Shown piece after piece: positions 9,286 to 18,282 of a DNA stretch of 64,000 nt. The stretch lies in assembly GCA_021325135.1 (NCBI GenBank), contig JAJPHT010000015.1:32001-96000 (forward strand). Direction: 5' to 3'. The stretch's first letter is position 1, and every line of letters begins with the position of its first letter. This stretch comes from Pseudomonadota bacterium. GTDB taxonomy: Archaea; Thermoplasmatota; SW-10-69-26; JACQPN01; JAJPHT01. The notes under the pieces are model-generated. The model saw only the letters and a list, made by a program, of their open reading frames with translations, made no database searches and was not told the DNA's origin. Made by a program: the position numbers and the translations under genes.

Positions 9286-11649
9286 ATGAGCGCGCTCACG
9301 AACCGCAGCAAGGTCGTCTTGGAGAGCCCGAAGGTCTACGCCATCGACCTCGCGGGCGCCAGCGACGCCGAGCTTCTGGAGATCAGCAAGACCATGGGCA
9401 TCGGCCTGGACGCCAGCGAGATGCGCGTCGTGCAGGAGCACTTCGCCAAGCTGGGCCGCGCGCCGCGCGACATCGAGCTGGAGGCCCTGGGCCAGGCGTG
9501 GAGCGAGCACTGCTGCTACAAGAGCAGCAAGCCCGTGCTCAAGCGCCACGTCTATGGCATCCACGAGGACCGCCTCGTCGCCCGCGAGGACGCGGGTGTG
9601 ATGCGCTTCGACGGCGAGTGGGACTACGTCGCCAAGATCGAGAGCCACAACCACCCCAGCGCCATCGAGCCCTACGGCGGCGCGGCCACCGGCATCGGCG
9701 GCGTCGTGCGCGACGTCGTGTGCATGGGCGCGCAGCCCATCGCCCTCATCGACCCCCTCTTCTTCGGGCCGCTGGACACGCCCTACGAGAAGCTCCCCCC
9801 GGGCACCAAGCACCCCAAGTACCTGGCGGGCGGCGTCGTGTCGGGCATCCGCGACTACGGCAACCGCATCGGCATCCCCACCGTCGCGGGCCTCATCCAC
9901 TTCCACCCCAAGTTCCTGACCAACTGCCTCGTCAACGTGGGCTGCATCGGGATCATGAAGCGCGAGAACCTCATCCACTCGCGCGTCGGCAACGTCGGCG
10001 ACCTCTACATCCTCCTGGGAGGGCGCACGGGCCGCGACGGCATCCACGGCGTGACCTTCGCCAGCGCGGACCTCGCCGAGGACGCCGAGGAGTCCAGCCG
10101 CAGCGCGGTGCAGCTTGGCGACCCCATCACCAAGGAGCCGCTCATCCACGCGTGCCTGGAGGCCAACGAGAGGAAGCTTCTCACCGGGTTCAAGGACCTG
10201 GGCGGCGGCGGCCTCTCGTGCGTGTGCGGCGAGATGGCGCTGGACGCGGGCGTCGGCGCCGAGATCCACCTCGACCAGGTCCACCTCAAGGCGCCCGACA
10301 TGAAGCCCTGGGAGATCTGGGTCAGCGAATCGCAGGAGCGCATGATGGTCACGGTCCTCCCCGAGAACGTGGAGAAGGTCCTCGCCATCGCCAGCAAGTG
10401 GGACGTCGAGGCGCGCGTCATCGGCACCGCGATCCCCCACAAGACGGTGCGCGTCATGTGGAAGGGCAGCGTCGTCTTCGAGATGGACAGCGAGTTCCTC
10501 TACGGCGGGCCCGTCTACAACCGCCCCATGGAGATCGTCGACGTGCAGGCCGCGACGACGAAGCGCCCCGCGCCGCGCGAGGACTACTCCAAGGCGCTTC
10601 TGGAGCTGCTGGGCCACGAGAACCTGGCCAGCCGCGAGAGCGTCATCCGCGTCTACGACCACGAGGTCCGCGCCCGCACCGTGCTGAAGCCCCTCCAGGG
10701 CAAGGTGGGCGTCGCGAGCCACGGCGACGCGGCGGTGCTCAAGCCCGTCGCGGACTCCTGGAAGGGCCTCGCCATCACCTGTGATATCAACCCGCACATG
10801 ACCGACGTGGACCCCTACTGGGGCACGCTCTCGGGCGTCGACGAGCTTGCGAGGAACCTCGCCTCGGTGGGCGCGCGGCTCGACAGCATCGCGGACAACC
10901 TCAACCTCCCCAACCCGCAGAAGCCGCTCCAGATGGGGCGCATCGAGATGGGCGCCAAGGCGCTGGGCGACGGCGCCCGCGCGCTGGGCACGCCCTTCAT
11001 CAGCGGCAACGTGAGCATGTACAACGAGTCGGCCTACACGCCGATCCCGGTGACGCCCAGCCTCCTGGGTGTGGGCATCGTGCAGGACATCCGCAAGTGC
11101 GTGACCACCGACCTCAAGCCCGAGGGCGGCCCCCTCTACCACGTGGGCGTCGTCAAGGACGAGATGGGCGGGAGCCACTGGTTCGCGCTCGCGGGCGGCG
11201 AGAGCACGGCGGTCCCGCGCGTCGACCTGCGCGAGACGAAGGCCTTCAGCGAGGCCGTCGTGTCCGCCATCGAGAAGGGGCTCGTCTCCGCGGCGCATGA
11301 TATCAGCATGGGCGGCCTCGCGGTCGCGCTGGCCGAGATGTGCATGGGCGGCGACGTGGGCGCCAGCGTGGACCTCTCCGCGCTGGGCGACCTCCCCACC
11401 GACGTGAAGCTCTTCAGCGAGTCCAACACGCGCTGGCTCGTCCAGGCGAAGGACGGCGCCGCGTTCGAGGCCCACATGGCCGCCGCGGGCGTGCCGGTCC
11501 AGCGCCTGGGCGGCGTCGGCGGCGACGCGATCCGCGTCAGCGACCGCGCGCCCCCCGCGTCCCGCGCGGGCTTCGTGGGCGTCCTGCACGTGCCCGTCGA
11601 GGCCGCGCGTGCCGAGTTCTCCACCGGCCTCAAGAGGAGGATGGCCTGA
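9286..11649 (+). CDS. purL: Phosphoribosylformylglycinamidine synthase subunit PurL
   Basis: WSEHCCYKSS, ESHNHPSAIEPYGGAATG, DLGGGGL, SESQERM, SGNVSMYN. Confidence 0.98.
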   Translation: MSALTNRSKVVLESPKVYAIDLAGASDAELLEISKTMGIGLDASEMRVVQEHFAKLGRAPRDIELEALGQAWSEHCCYKSSKPVLKRHVYGIHEDRLVAREDAGVMRFDGEWDYVAKIESHNHPSAIEPYGGAATGIGGVVRDVVCMGAQPIALIDPLFFGPLDTPYEKLPPGTKHPKYLAGGVVSGIRDYGNRIGIPTVAGLIHFHPKFLTNCLVNVGCIGIMKRENLIHSRVGNVGDLYILLGGRTGRDGIHGVTFASADLAEDAEESSRSAVQLGDPITKEPLIHACLEANERKLLTGFKDLGGGGLSCVCGEMALDAGVGAEIHLDQVHLKAPDMKPWEIWVSESQERMMVTVLPENVEKVLAIASKWDVEARVIGTAIPHKTVRVMWKGSVVFEMDSEFLYGGPVYNRPMEIVDVQAATTKRPAPREDYSKALLELLGHENLASRESVIRVYDHEVRARTVLKPLQGKVGVASHGDAAVLKPVADSWKGLAITCDINPHMTDVDPYWGTLSGVDELARNLASVGARLDSIADNLNLPNPQKPLQMGRIEMGAKALGDGARALGTPFISGNVSMYNESAYTPIPVTPSLLGVGIVQDIRKCVTTDLKPEGGPLYHVGVVKDEMGGSHWFALAGGESTAVPRVDLRETKAFSEAVVSAIEKGLVSAAHDISMGGLAVALAEMCMGGDVGASVDLSALGDLPTDVKLFSESNTRWLVQAKDGAAFEAHMAAAGVPVQRLGGVGGDAIRVSDRAPPASRAGFVGVLHVPVEAARAEFSTGLKRRMA

Positions 11650-12495
11650 ATGGTCTACCGAAAGGACATCAAAGTGGCCGTGCTCCGCATCGAGGGCACC
11701 AACAACGAGCAGGAGATGTGGGACAACTTCCACGCCATGGGCGCGCAGCCTGAGCTCGTGCACCTCAACCAGCTCGTCAAGAAGGACCTGCCCAAGGAGG
11801 AGAGGCGCAGCCTCGCGGACTACCACGTCCTCATGCTGCCCGGCGGCTTCAGCGCGGGCGACTACATCCGCGCCGGAGCGATCTACGCCGCGCGCATGAA
11901 GGCGGCGATCCCCAAGGAGATCGAGCAGTTCGTCGCCGCCGAGAAGCCCATCGGAGGCATGTGCAACGGCTTCCAGGTCCTCGTGGAGCTTGGCCTCCTG
12001 CCGGGCAAGGGCGCGGTCCTCCCCGACCAGCCCATGGCCGTGCTCAACCGCAACGACAGCGCGCTCTTCGAGTGCCGCCCCACGCTGCTGAAGCACGAGA
12101 GCCGCGGCAAGTGCGTGTTCACGCGGAGCATCCCCCGCGGCGAGGTGCGTCTCATCCCCAGCGCGCACGCCGAGGGGAAGTTCATGCTGGAGGCCTCCGA
12201 GCGCGAGCGCGTCCTGCGCGAGCTTGCCGAGCGCGACCAGGTCGTGTTCACCTACGCGGGCCCCGACGGCGGCCCGGCGGCCTACCCGTGGAGCCCCTCG
12301 GGCTCGACGGCGGGCATCGCGGGCGTCTGCAACGACATGGGCACGGTGTTCGGCATGATGCCGCACCCCGAGCGCGTGTTCCACCGCTGGCAGCACCCCG
12401 ACTGGACGCGCGACGCGCGGCACAAGCCCGACGGGCCCGGCGACGGGCGCGCCGTCTTCGAGAGCGTGCTGGCCTACGTGGAGAAGCGGTTCTAA
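11650..12495 (+). CDS. purQ: Phosphoribosylformylglycinamidine synthase glutaminase subunit PurQ
   Basis: PGGFSAGDY, GMCNGFQ, HAEGK, GMMPHPER. Confidence 0.97.
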   Translation: MVYRKDIKVAVLRIEGTNNEQEMWDNFHAMGAQPELVHLNQLVKKDLPKEERRSLADYHVLMLPGGFSAGDYIRAGAIYAARMKAAIPKEIEQFVAAEKPIGGMCNGFQVLVELGLLPGKGAVLPDQPMAVLNRNDSALFECRPTLLKHESRGKCVFTRSIPRGEVRLIPSAHAEGKFMLEASERERVLRELAERDQVVFTYAGPDGGPAAYPWSPSGSTAGIAGVCNDMGTVFGMMPHPERVFHRWQHPDWTRDARHKPDGPGDGRAVFESVLAYVEKRF

Positions 12496-12690
12496 AGCGG
12501 GGGGTTCGGGGGGCGCAGCCCCCGGAGGCCAGCGTCGTTCGGCCGCGCCGCAGCGCGGCTACCCGAGGGGGTTTCAGGGGGCGAAGCCCCCTGACGTGAA
12601 AGGACCGTTCCAACAGACGACGAAAACGTCAGGGGGGCGAGCCCCCCTGAAACCCCCCTCTTGGCGGCGCTGCGGCGCCGCCGAACGACG
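12496..12690. repeat. Composite REP/REPIN-like palindromic element, copy 1 (a single unit plus a full inverted dimer at 12533-12690)
   Basis: GGGGGTTTCAGGGGGCGAAGCCCCCTGACGT...ACGTCAGGGGGGCGAGCCCCCCTGAAACCCCCC, flanked by inverted CGTCGTTCGG + hairpin arms. Confidence 0.85.
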
Positions 12691-12766
12691 AGGAAATGGA
12701 GATTGTGCAGCCGCTTCTAGCCGTGTTCCACAAAGGGCGCGTAGCGGGCGCGCCGAGCCCCTGGCC

Positions 12767-12958
12767 ATGCCTGAGCGCCGCGACCAGGACGAGGTCCTCC
12801 GGAAGAAAGGCAACGTGACCAAGAGCGACCGCGGCCTCCAGGTGTGGGGCGACGAGGCCGAAGGGGACCCTGGCCAGGCGGGCACGGGCTCCGAGGGCAC
12901 CGCGTCCCGCGCCGCGCGCATCACCCGCGGCCAGCGCGAGTCGCAGGAACGCGCCTGA
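12767..12958 (+). CDS. Small hydrophilic hypothetical protein (63 aa)
   Basis: MPERRDQDEVLRKKGNVTKSDRG...; GC3-rich codons; fills intergenic gap. Confidence 0.65.
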   Translation: MPERRDQDEVLRKKGNVTKSDRGLQVWGDEAEGDPGQAGTGSEGTASRAARITRGQRESQERA

Positions 12959-13034
12959 CCTCGCAGGCGCAAGGCTGCACGGGGCGGCGCCTCAAGACCC
13001 GCCCCGTGGGTGGCGCGCGCGGAGGCACTCCCCC

Positions 13035-13499
13035 ATGCGATCCGCGCTCCTTCTCACGCTTCTCCTCACGACCGCCGCCATCGGCTTCGTCCCCGCCGCC
13101 AGCGCGGGGTGGACCGTCGTCTGCGCGCCCAAGCTGGACTGCGTCGCGGGCGTCTGCGTCTCGGGCTGCGGCAGCGATGCCCTCGTCTGCTTCGCCGTGG
13201 GCAACACCGCGCCCCCCGCCTGCATCTTGAACCCGTGCCCGCCCCAGCGCTGCTATCCCGAGCCGCGCTTCTCCGGCGTCCACGTCTACCGCGAGGTCTT
13301 CCCCGGGTGCGCCACCACGTCGCTGCCCCTCGTGGGAGCGCGCGCCAGCGCCGACGCCGCGGGCCAGCACGCCGACGCCCTCTTCCTCACCGCGCTCGTC
13401 GTGTGCGGCACCATCGTCGGCCTGGACGTGACGCCCGGCGCGCTCGACCCCACGGCCACGCCGCAGGCCCAGGTCCAGCCGATCCTGGTCCTGCTTTGA
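13035..13499 (+). CDS. Secreted Cys-rich protein (10 Cys)
   Basis: GGAGG upstream; signal peptide ending FVPAASA; Cys cluster in N-terminal half. Confidence 0.8.
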   Translation: MRSALLLTLLLTTAAIGFVPAASAGWTVVCAPKLDCVAGVCVSGCGSDALVCFAVGNTAPPACILNPCPPQRCYPEPRFSGVHVYREVFPGCATTSLPLVGARASADAAGQHADALFLTALVVCGTIVGLDVTPGALDPTATPQAQVQPILVLL

Positions 13500-13544
13500 G
13501 CGGGTCACGAAAGGGTTCTTGCCGGGCGGATCGCTCCTCGCCGC

Positions 13545-14231
13545 GTGGAGCCGATCCGCCCCGCGGATGAGCCCCTGGGCCTCGCCTTGGGCGCGCTCTC
13601 CAGCCCGACGCGCCTCGCGATCCTGCGCAGCCTCCGCACGCCGCGCACGCTGCGCGAGATCGAGATCGGCGCCGAGGAGGACGGCCGCCCCATCACGCGC
13701 CAGGCCGTGCGCCGCCACCTCGATACGCTCGTGGAGGCGGGCCTCGTCACGACCCGCGAGGCCGGCAGGGACTACGGCGACACCACCGAGTTCATCCTCA
13801 ACCACGCCCGCGTCTACGGCATCGCCGAGGACGTCCGCCAGATGGCGCGCCTGCGCCCCGCGGTCGACCCGGGCGGCCACACCGTCGTCGCGGGCAACGC
13901 CTCGCCCACGCGCCCCCGCGGGCCGGTGCTCATCCTCGTGAAGGGCGCGGACGACGGCGCCGCGTTCCCCCTCGACCCCTCCGCGGGCGAGCGCGAGTGG
14001 ATCGTGGGCCGCCGGCGCGGCGTCGGCGTGTGCCTCGACTTCGACGCCACCGTCAGCTCCGAGAACGCGCGCATCACGTGGCGCGACGGCGCGCACTGGA
14101 TCGAGGACGTCCAGGGGAGCCGCAACGGCACGCTCCTCAACCTGCGCCTCCTCGTGGCCGGCGAGCCCGCGCGCCTGGAGCACGGCGACCTCGTGGGCGT
14201 CGGCCGCAGCGCGCTCCTCTACTGGCGCTGA
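13545..14231 (+). CDS. ArsR-like winged-HTH transcription factor fused to C-terminal FHA domain
   Basis: ALSSPTRLAILRSL..AVRRHLDTLVEAGLV; FHA motifs VGR, VSSENA, SRNGTLLN, LEHGDLVGVG. Confidence 0.88.
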   Translation: MEPIRPADEPLGLALGALSSPTRLAILRSLRTPRTLREIEIGAEEDGRPITRQAVRRHLDTLVEAGLVTTREAGRDYGDTTEFILNHARVYGIAEDVRQMARLRPAVDPGGHTVVAGNASPTRPRGPVLILVKGADDGAAFPLDPSAGEREWIVGRRRGVGVCLDFDATVSSENARITWRDGAHWIEDVQGSRNGTLLNLRLLVAGEPARLEHGDLVGVGRSALLYWR

Positions 14232-14239
14232 GCGGTGGG

Positions 14240-14361
14240 CGTTCGGCGGCGCCGCAGCGCCGCCAAACGCGGGGGTTTCAGGGGGCGCAGCCCCCTGACG
14301 TGAAATCCCGTTCCAGCAGACGACTGAAACGTCAGGGGGGCGAGCCCCCCTGAAACCCCCC
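14240..14361. repeat. Composite REP/REPIN-like element, copy 2
   Basis: Near-identical to 12567-12658 including the spacer; same left hairpin arm GGCGGCGC-CGCA-GCGCCGCC. Confidence 0.85.
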
Positions 14362-16359
14362 ACTTAGGGCGCGCGCCATCTCGCCCGCGTCCTGGTAGCG
14401 GCGCGCGGGATCCGTCTCCGTCGCGCGCGCGAGGATGGGCTCCAGCGCCGCGGGCGCCGCGCCGGGGAAGAGGCGCCGCCCGATGAGGCCCAGCGCGAAC
14501 ACGTCGGAGCGCGTCGTGGGGGGATCGCCGCGGCGCTGCTCGGGCGCCAGATAGTCGGGCGTGCCCAGGGGGACCGCGTCCACGGGCGCGGTGCGGCCGC
14601 GGGCGAGGCGCGCGAGGCCGAAGTCCGCGATGCGCGCGCGGCCCTCGCCCGAGAGGAGGACGTTGCGCGGCTTCAGGTCGCCGTGGACGATGCCCTTCGC
14701 GTGGACGGCGGCGGCGCCGTCGGCGACGTCGCGCAGGAGCGACGCCGCGCGCTCGGGTGGCAGCGGGCCCCCGCGCAAAGCGTCCTCCAGCGAGCCTCCC
14801 TCGGCGTGCTCCAGCACGAGGACCCACGCGCCGCGGCGGCGGAACGCGTCGTGGACCGCGACGACGTGCGGGCTCGCGAGGCCGCCCGCGACGCGCGCCT
14901 CCTGGAGCGCGGCCTCGTCGCCGCCGTCGCCCGTGTCGCGCACCTCCTTGAGGACCACGCGGCGGCGCAGCGTGGCGTCCTCCGCGAGGAAGGCGCGCCC
15001 CGAGCCGCCCGCGCCCAGGAAGCGCTCCACGCGGTAGCGCCCCGCGACGGAGAGCCCCTCGCGCAGCGGCCCGCCGGCGCCCTCGTCCGCGATGCGCGCG
15101 AGGAGCGCGGCCGTCGTCTCGTCGAGGCCCAGGTCCTCGCGGAGGCGGCGCAGCGGCTCGTCCTTCAGGGGGTCGCGCCCTTCGGAGAGCGCGTCGGAGA
15201 CCGCGCGGCGGTACGCGTCCTGCGCGGCGGCCGCGTCGCCCGGCAGCGGCACGCCGTAGAGCTGGCGCGCGAGCTGGTCGACGACGCGGCGGAACCCCTG
15301 CGAGAGGAGCACGACGCCCGCGAGCAGGAGGAAGTCCAGCGGCGTCAGCGCGCCCGTGGCGCCGGTGAGCGCGAGGCCCACGACGGGGATGAGGAGCGCG
15401 CCCGCGGTCACGACGGCCAGCGCGACGAGGAGGCGGGCCGCGCGGCGGCGCTGCGCGACGGTCAGGCCCAGCGCGTCGTGGCGCACGAGGGCGGTGGACG
15501 CGAACGCGCCGAAGAGCACGAAGCGGATCGCGGCGCCCGCGCGGCCGAAGAGCGCGGTCGCGGGGGCCGAGGGCGCCCCCCAGAGGATGCCCGCGGCCAT
15601 GTCAAGGTCCGGGAGCTTGATGAGGAGGATGAGGAAGAACGAGCCGCCCAGCGCCCAGGCCATCGCGCGCCGCTGCCTCGGGTCCGCCCGGCCGCGCGCC
15701 GAGGAGAGAAGGAGCGTCGCCGCGACGCCGGCCACGAGAAGCGCGCCGCCCACCTCGGCGGCGAGGTAGCTCCACGGGGGGTTCGGCGCGGAGGAGGCCC
15801 GGAGGTACGCCTCGTAGAGGTTGGCCGCGAGCGTCGGGCCGTAGGGGACGGCCAGGAGCGCCACGGCGATGAACAGCGGGCGCCACGAGGCGCGCTCGGG
15901 CTCGCGAAGCATCCCCTCCAGCGCCCAGAAGAGGAGGCCCACGTACACCGTGGCCGTGAAGAGCGAGAGCGCCGCGGGGTACGCGAACGTCCGGTCGTTC
16001 ACAAAGGGCACGGTCGTGACGCCGGCGCCCCAGAGCGCGAGGGCGAACGCGGGCGCCGCGACGAGGAGGACGCGGGCGGGCCGCCGCATCGCGCCGGGGC
16101 GCACGTTGGCCGCGAAGAGGTAGAGCGCCAGGGGGTCCAGCGAGGCCGCGACACTGGCGAGCCGGAACCAGGGGAGGGACTCGCTGTCGGGGAGCGATCC
16201 GCGCGCCGTCTCCGCGACCTGGTTGAGCGCGACGAGGCCCAGGAACGCCGCGAGCCACAGCGCGGCGCGGGAGCGGCGCGCGGCCGGGAGGAGCGCCGCC
16301 GCGAAGGTGACGCCCACCACGGCGGCGGCCGCGCGCAGGAGGATCTCCGTCCCGACCAT
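14332..16359 (-). CDS. Multi-TM receptor-like Hanks-type Ser/Thr protein kinase
   Basis: About 9-10 N-terminal hydrophobic segments; LGAGGSG, VLKE, HGDLKPRN, DFG, GTPDYLAPE, SDVFALG. Confidence 0.92.
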   Translation of the reverse strand: MVGTEILLRAAAAVVGVTFAAALLPAARRSRAALWLAAFLGLVALNQVAETARGSLPDSESLPWFRLASVAASLDPLALYLFAANVRPGAMRRPARVLLVAAPAFALALWGAGVTTVPFVNDRTFAYPAALSLFTATVYVGLLFWALEGMLREPERASWRPLFIAVALLAVPYGPTLAANLYEAYLRASSAPNPPWSYLAAEVGGALLVAGVAATLLLSSARGRADPRQRRAMAWALGGSFFLILLIKLPDLDMAAGILWGAPSAPATALFGRAGAAIRFVLFGAFASTALVRHDALGLTVAQRRRAARLLVALAVVTAGALLIPVVGLALTGATGALTPLDFLLLAGVVLLSQGFRRVVDQLARQLYGVPLPGDAAAAQDAYRRAVSDALSEGRDPLKDEPLRRLREDLGLDETTAALLARIADEGAGGPLREGLSVAGRYRVERFLGAGGSGRAFLAEDATLRRRVVLKEVRDTGDGGDEAALQEARVAGGLASPHVVAVHDAFRRRGAWVLVLEHAEGGSLEDALRGGPLPPERAASLLRDVADGAAAVHAKGIVHGDLKPRNVLLSGEGRARIADFGLARLARGRTAPVDAVPLGTPDYLAPEQRRGDPPTTRSDVFALGLIGRRLFPGAAPAALEPILARATETDPARRYQDAGEMARALSGGFQGGSPP

Positions 16360-16440
16360 CCTTCGTGGGCCAGCGCGGCGCCCCCCATTGAGGGTTCCGG
16401 GCGCGGCAGGCCTTTTCCGGGGATGCGGCGATGGCCCCGC

Positions 16441-17484
16441 GTGGCCGCCGTCCGCGGGCTCCTTCAAGGCGACGCCGTGCTCGTGCCCGACGAGAAGGAG
16501 GCCAACGCGCTCTACAACAAGGGGAGCTTCGGCGTCCCGCAGCGCGGCGGCGCGCTCCGGCTCGACCTTGTCGAGGCGCTCTACCTCGTGGAGGCCGCGC
16601 GCCTGCGCGTCGAGGGGAGCGACGCGGCCTCGCTGCTGCGCCACGCCAGCGCGCGCGAGCCGGACTTCGAGATCCGCTACATCGTCTACCGCGACCTGCG
16701 CGGGCGCACCTTCGCCGTGAAGCCCAGCTCGCACCTGGACTACCACGTCTTCCCGCGCGGCGCGCTCCCGGGCAAGACGGCAAGCTCCCACGTCGTGCGC
16801 TGCGCCAGCGAGCGCGGGCGGTTCGACCCCGCGGGCGTGCTCGCCGAGATGGACCAGGCGAAGCGCCTGGGCAAGAAGCTCCTTCTCGCCCTCGTGGACG
16901 AGGAGGGAGACCTCACGTACTACGACGTGGCCGAGCCCGACCTCCGCTCCGGCGTGCAGGCGCTTCCGGGCGCGCGCGTGAAGGCCGTGCTGCTGGAGGA
17001 CCGCGTCATGGTGCTGGACGCCGACGCGGCGCGCGCGCTCTTCGCCGAAGGCTACTTCGGGCGCGACGTGGGCCTGGGCCTCCAGCTCTCGCTCCCCGAG
17101 GCGCTCTATCTCGCGGAGGCGAAGCGGCTCGACGTGGAGGACGCGGAGGGCAAGGCGGTCCCTCCGTTGGACCTGGCCGAGCGCGCGCGGCGCCTGGAGC
17201 CCGACTTCGACCTGCGGCAGCGCCTGTACGTTCACCTGCGCCAGGCGGGCGTCGTCGTCAAGACCGGCTTCAAGTACGGCACGCACTTCCGCGCGTACAC
17301 GGGGCCGCCCGACGAGGAGCACGCGCCCTACCTCGTGCATGCGCTCGCCGAGGGGCGCCTTCTCCCCTGGCCCGAGATCGCGGGCTTCGTGCGGCTCGCC
17401 CACGGCGTGCGCAAGCGGCTCTTCTTCGCGGCGCCCTCCGGAGGCGCGTTCCGGCTTCTGGAGCTGGCGCGGACGCGTCCGTGA
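16441..17484 (+). CDS. endA: tRNA-intron (splicing) endonuclease, two-unit alpha2 type
   Basis: Two LxLxEALYL repeats; KTGFKYGTHFRAY, catalytic H, RLAHGVRKR in C-terminal unit. Confidence 0.93.
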   Translation: MAAVRGLLQGDAVLVPDEKEANALYNKGSFGVPQRGGALRLDLVEALYLVEAARLRVEGSDAASLLRHASAREPDFEIRYIVYRDLRGRTFAVKPSSHLDYHVFPRGALPGKTASSHVVRCASERGRFDPAGVLAEMDQAKRLGKKLLLALVDEEGDLTYYDVAEPDLRSGVQALPGARVKAVLLEDRVMVLDADAARALFAEGYFGRDVGLGLQLSLPEALYLAEAKRLDVEDAEGKAVPPLDLAERARRLEPDFDLRQRLYVHLRQAGVVVKTGFKYGTHFRAYTGPPDEEHAPYLVHALAEGRLLPWPEIAGFVRLAHGVRKRLFFAAPSGGAFRLLELARTRP

Positions 17485-17584
17485 AGAAATCGACAGGAAC
17501 GCGCATTGTCACTCGGGGTGGCGACGGACTAACGGCAACGTCGCATCCAATAACCTTAAGACGCGAATCGCGTGCAGGGCCTCC

Positions 17585-17706
17585 AGAGGGCGGGAGAGCT
17601 TCCCAAGCTCCGCCGGGCTCGCGCCTGGTTGCCTCAGCCTCCCAACACTTCCCGCCCTCCACGGGGCCCCGGTCTTGTTCCCGGGGCCCCAGCCTCCCAA
17701 TTCTCT
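17585..17706 (+). ncRNA. Candidate small structured RNA with three AGC(C/T)TCCCAA motifs
   Basis: CTTAAG box at 17555-17560 about 25 nt upstream; 10-bp closing stem 17586-17595/17650-17659; second 10-bp hairpin 17663-17690; no plausible ORF. Confidence 0.45.
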
Positions 17707-17847
17707 GACGCAGCGCGCTGGGCCGCCCGCGCATCGGGCCCGCGCGTCCAAGCCGTTTGTGGAGGAAACCTGTGGTTTCACCGGGCGCGACCGAGCCCCG
17801 GCGAGGGTGCCCGCGACGGAGAAGCAAACCTTTCTGGGGGGTCCCCG

Positions 17848-18282
17848 ATGCGCGCCGCCGTGAAGGTCGCCGAGGCCATCGAGCGCCTCCGCCCGCGGGT
17901 CCCTCCCGGCATCCGTCTGGAGGAGGACGACCTGGGGCATCTCCTGGCGTTCGTGCGCCGCGACATGCTGCACCTGGACGCGGACGCCCTGAGCGATCGG
18001 CTCGCGGCGTGGACGCGCGACCGCCTCGCGAAGGAATTGCCCCGCGCGCAGGCCACCATCTCGTTCCGCCACGCGCGGCCCGTGGACCCGCACGACGAGT
18101 CCACCATGGACATCCAGGAGGGGTGGCTGGGCCTGGAGCCCTCGGTGTGGATCGAGGGGCCGCAGGTGAGCGAGGCGGAGGTCGCGGCGCTCGCGCGCGT
18201 GCTGCCGGATTTCCTCAAGCTGCTGGAGGGGCGCGGCCGCCCCTCGGGGTTCCGGCGCTACGACGAGGGCAACGCCGAGTGA
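17848..18282 (+). CDS. Hypothetical protein
   Basis: GC3-rich ORF from ATG 17848 with globular composition. Confidence 0.65.
   Translation: MRAAVKVAEAIERLRPRVPPGIRLEEDDLGHLLAFVRRDMLHLDADALSDRLAAWTRDRLAKELPRAQATISFRHARPVDPHDESTMDIQEGWLGLEPSVWIEGPQVSEAEVAALARVLPDFLKLLEGRGRPSGFRRYDEGNAE

Noticed and set aside
12496-12690. CRISPR array or complete IS element
   Set aside because: Units are inverted rather than direct repeats with unique spacers; no cas or transposase gene; no target-site duplication seen
16360-17403. Apparent 1023-aa kinase with long N-terminal extension
   Set aside because: The extension is antisense to endA; the kinase start fits ATG 16359
17628-17646. Minus-strand TTGGGAGGCTGAGGCA resembles 7SL/Alu; nearby GAGGAAAC resembles RNase P RNA
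   Set aside because: No SRP helix-8 motif or other RNase P conserved regions found; treated as chance
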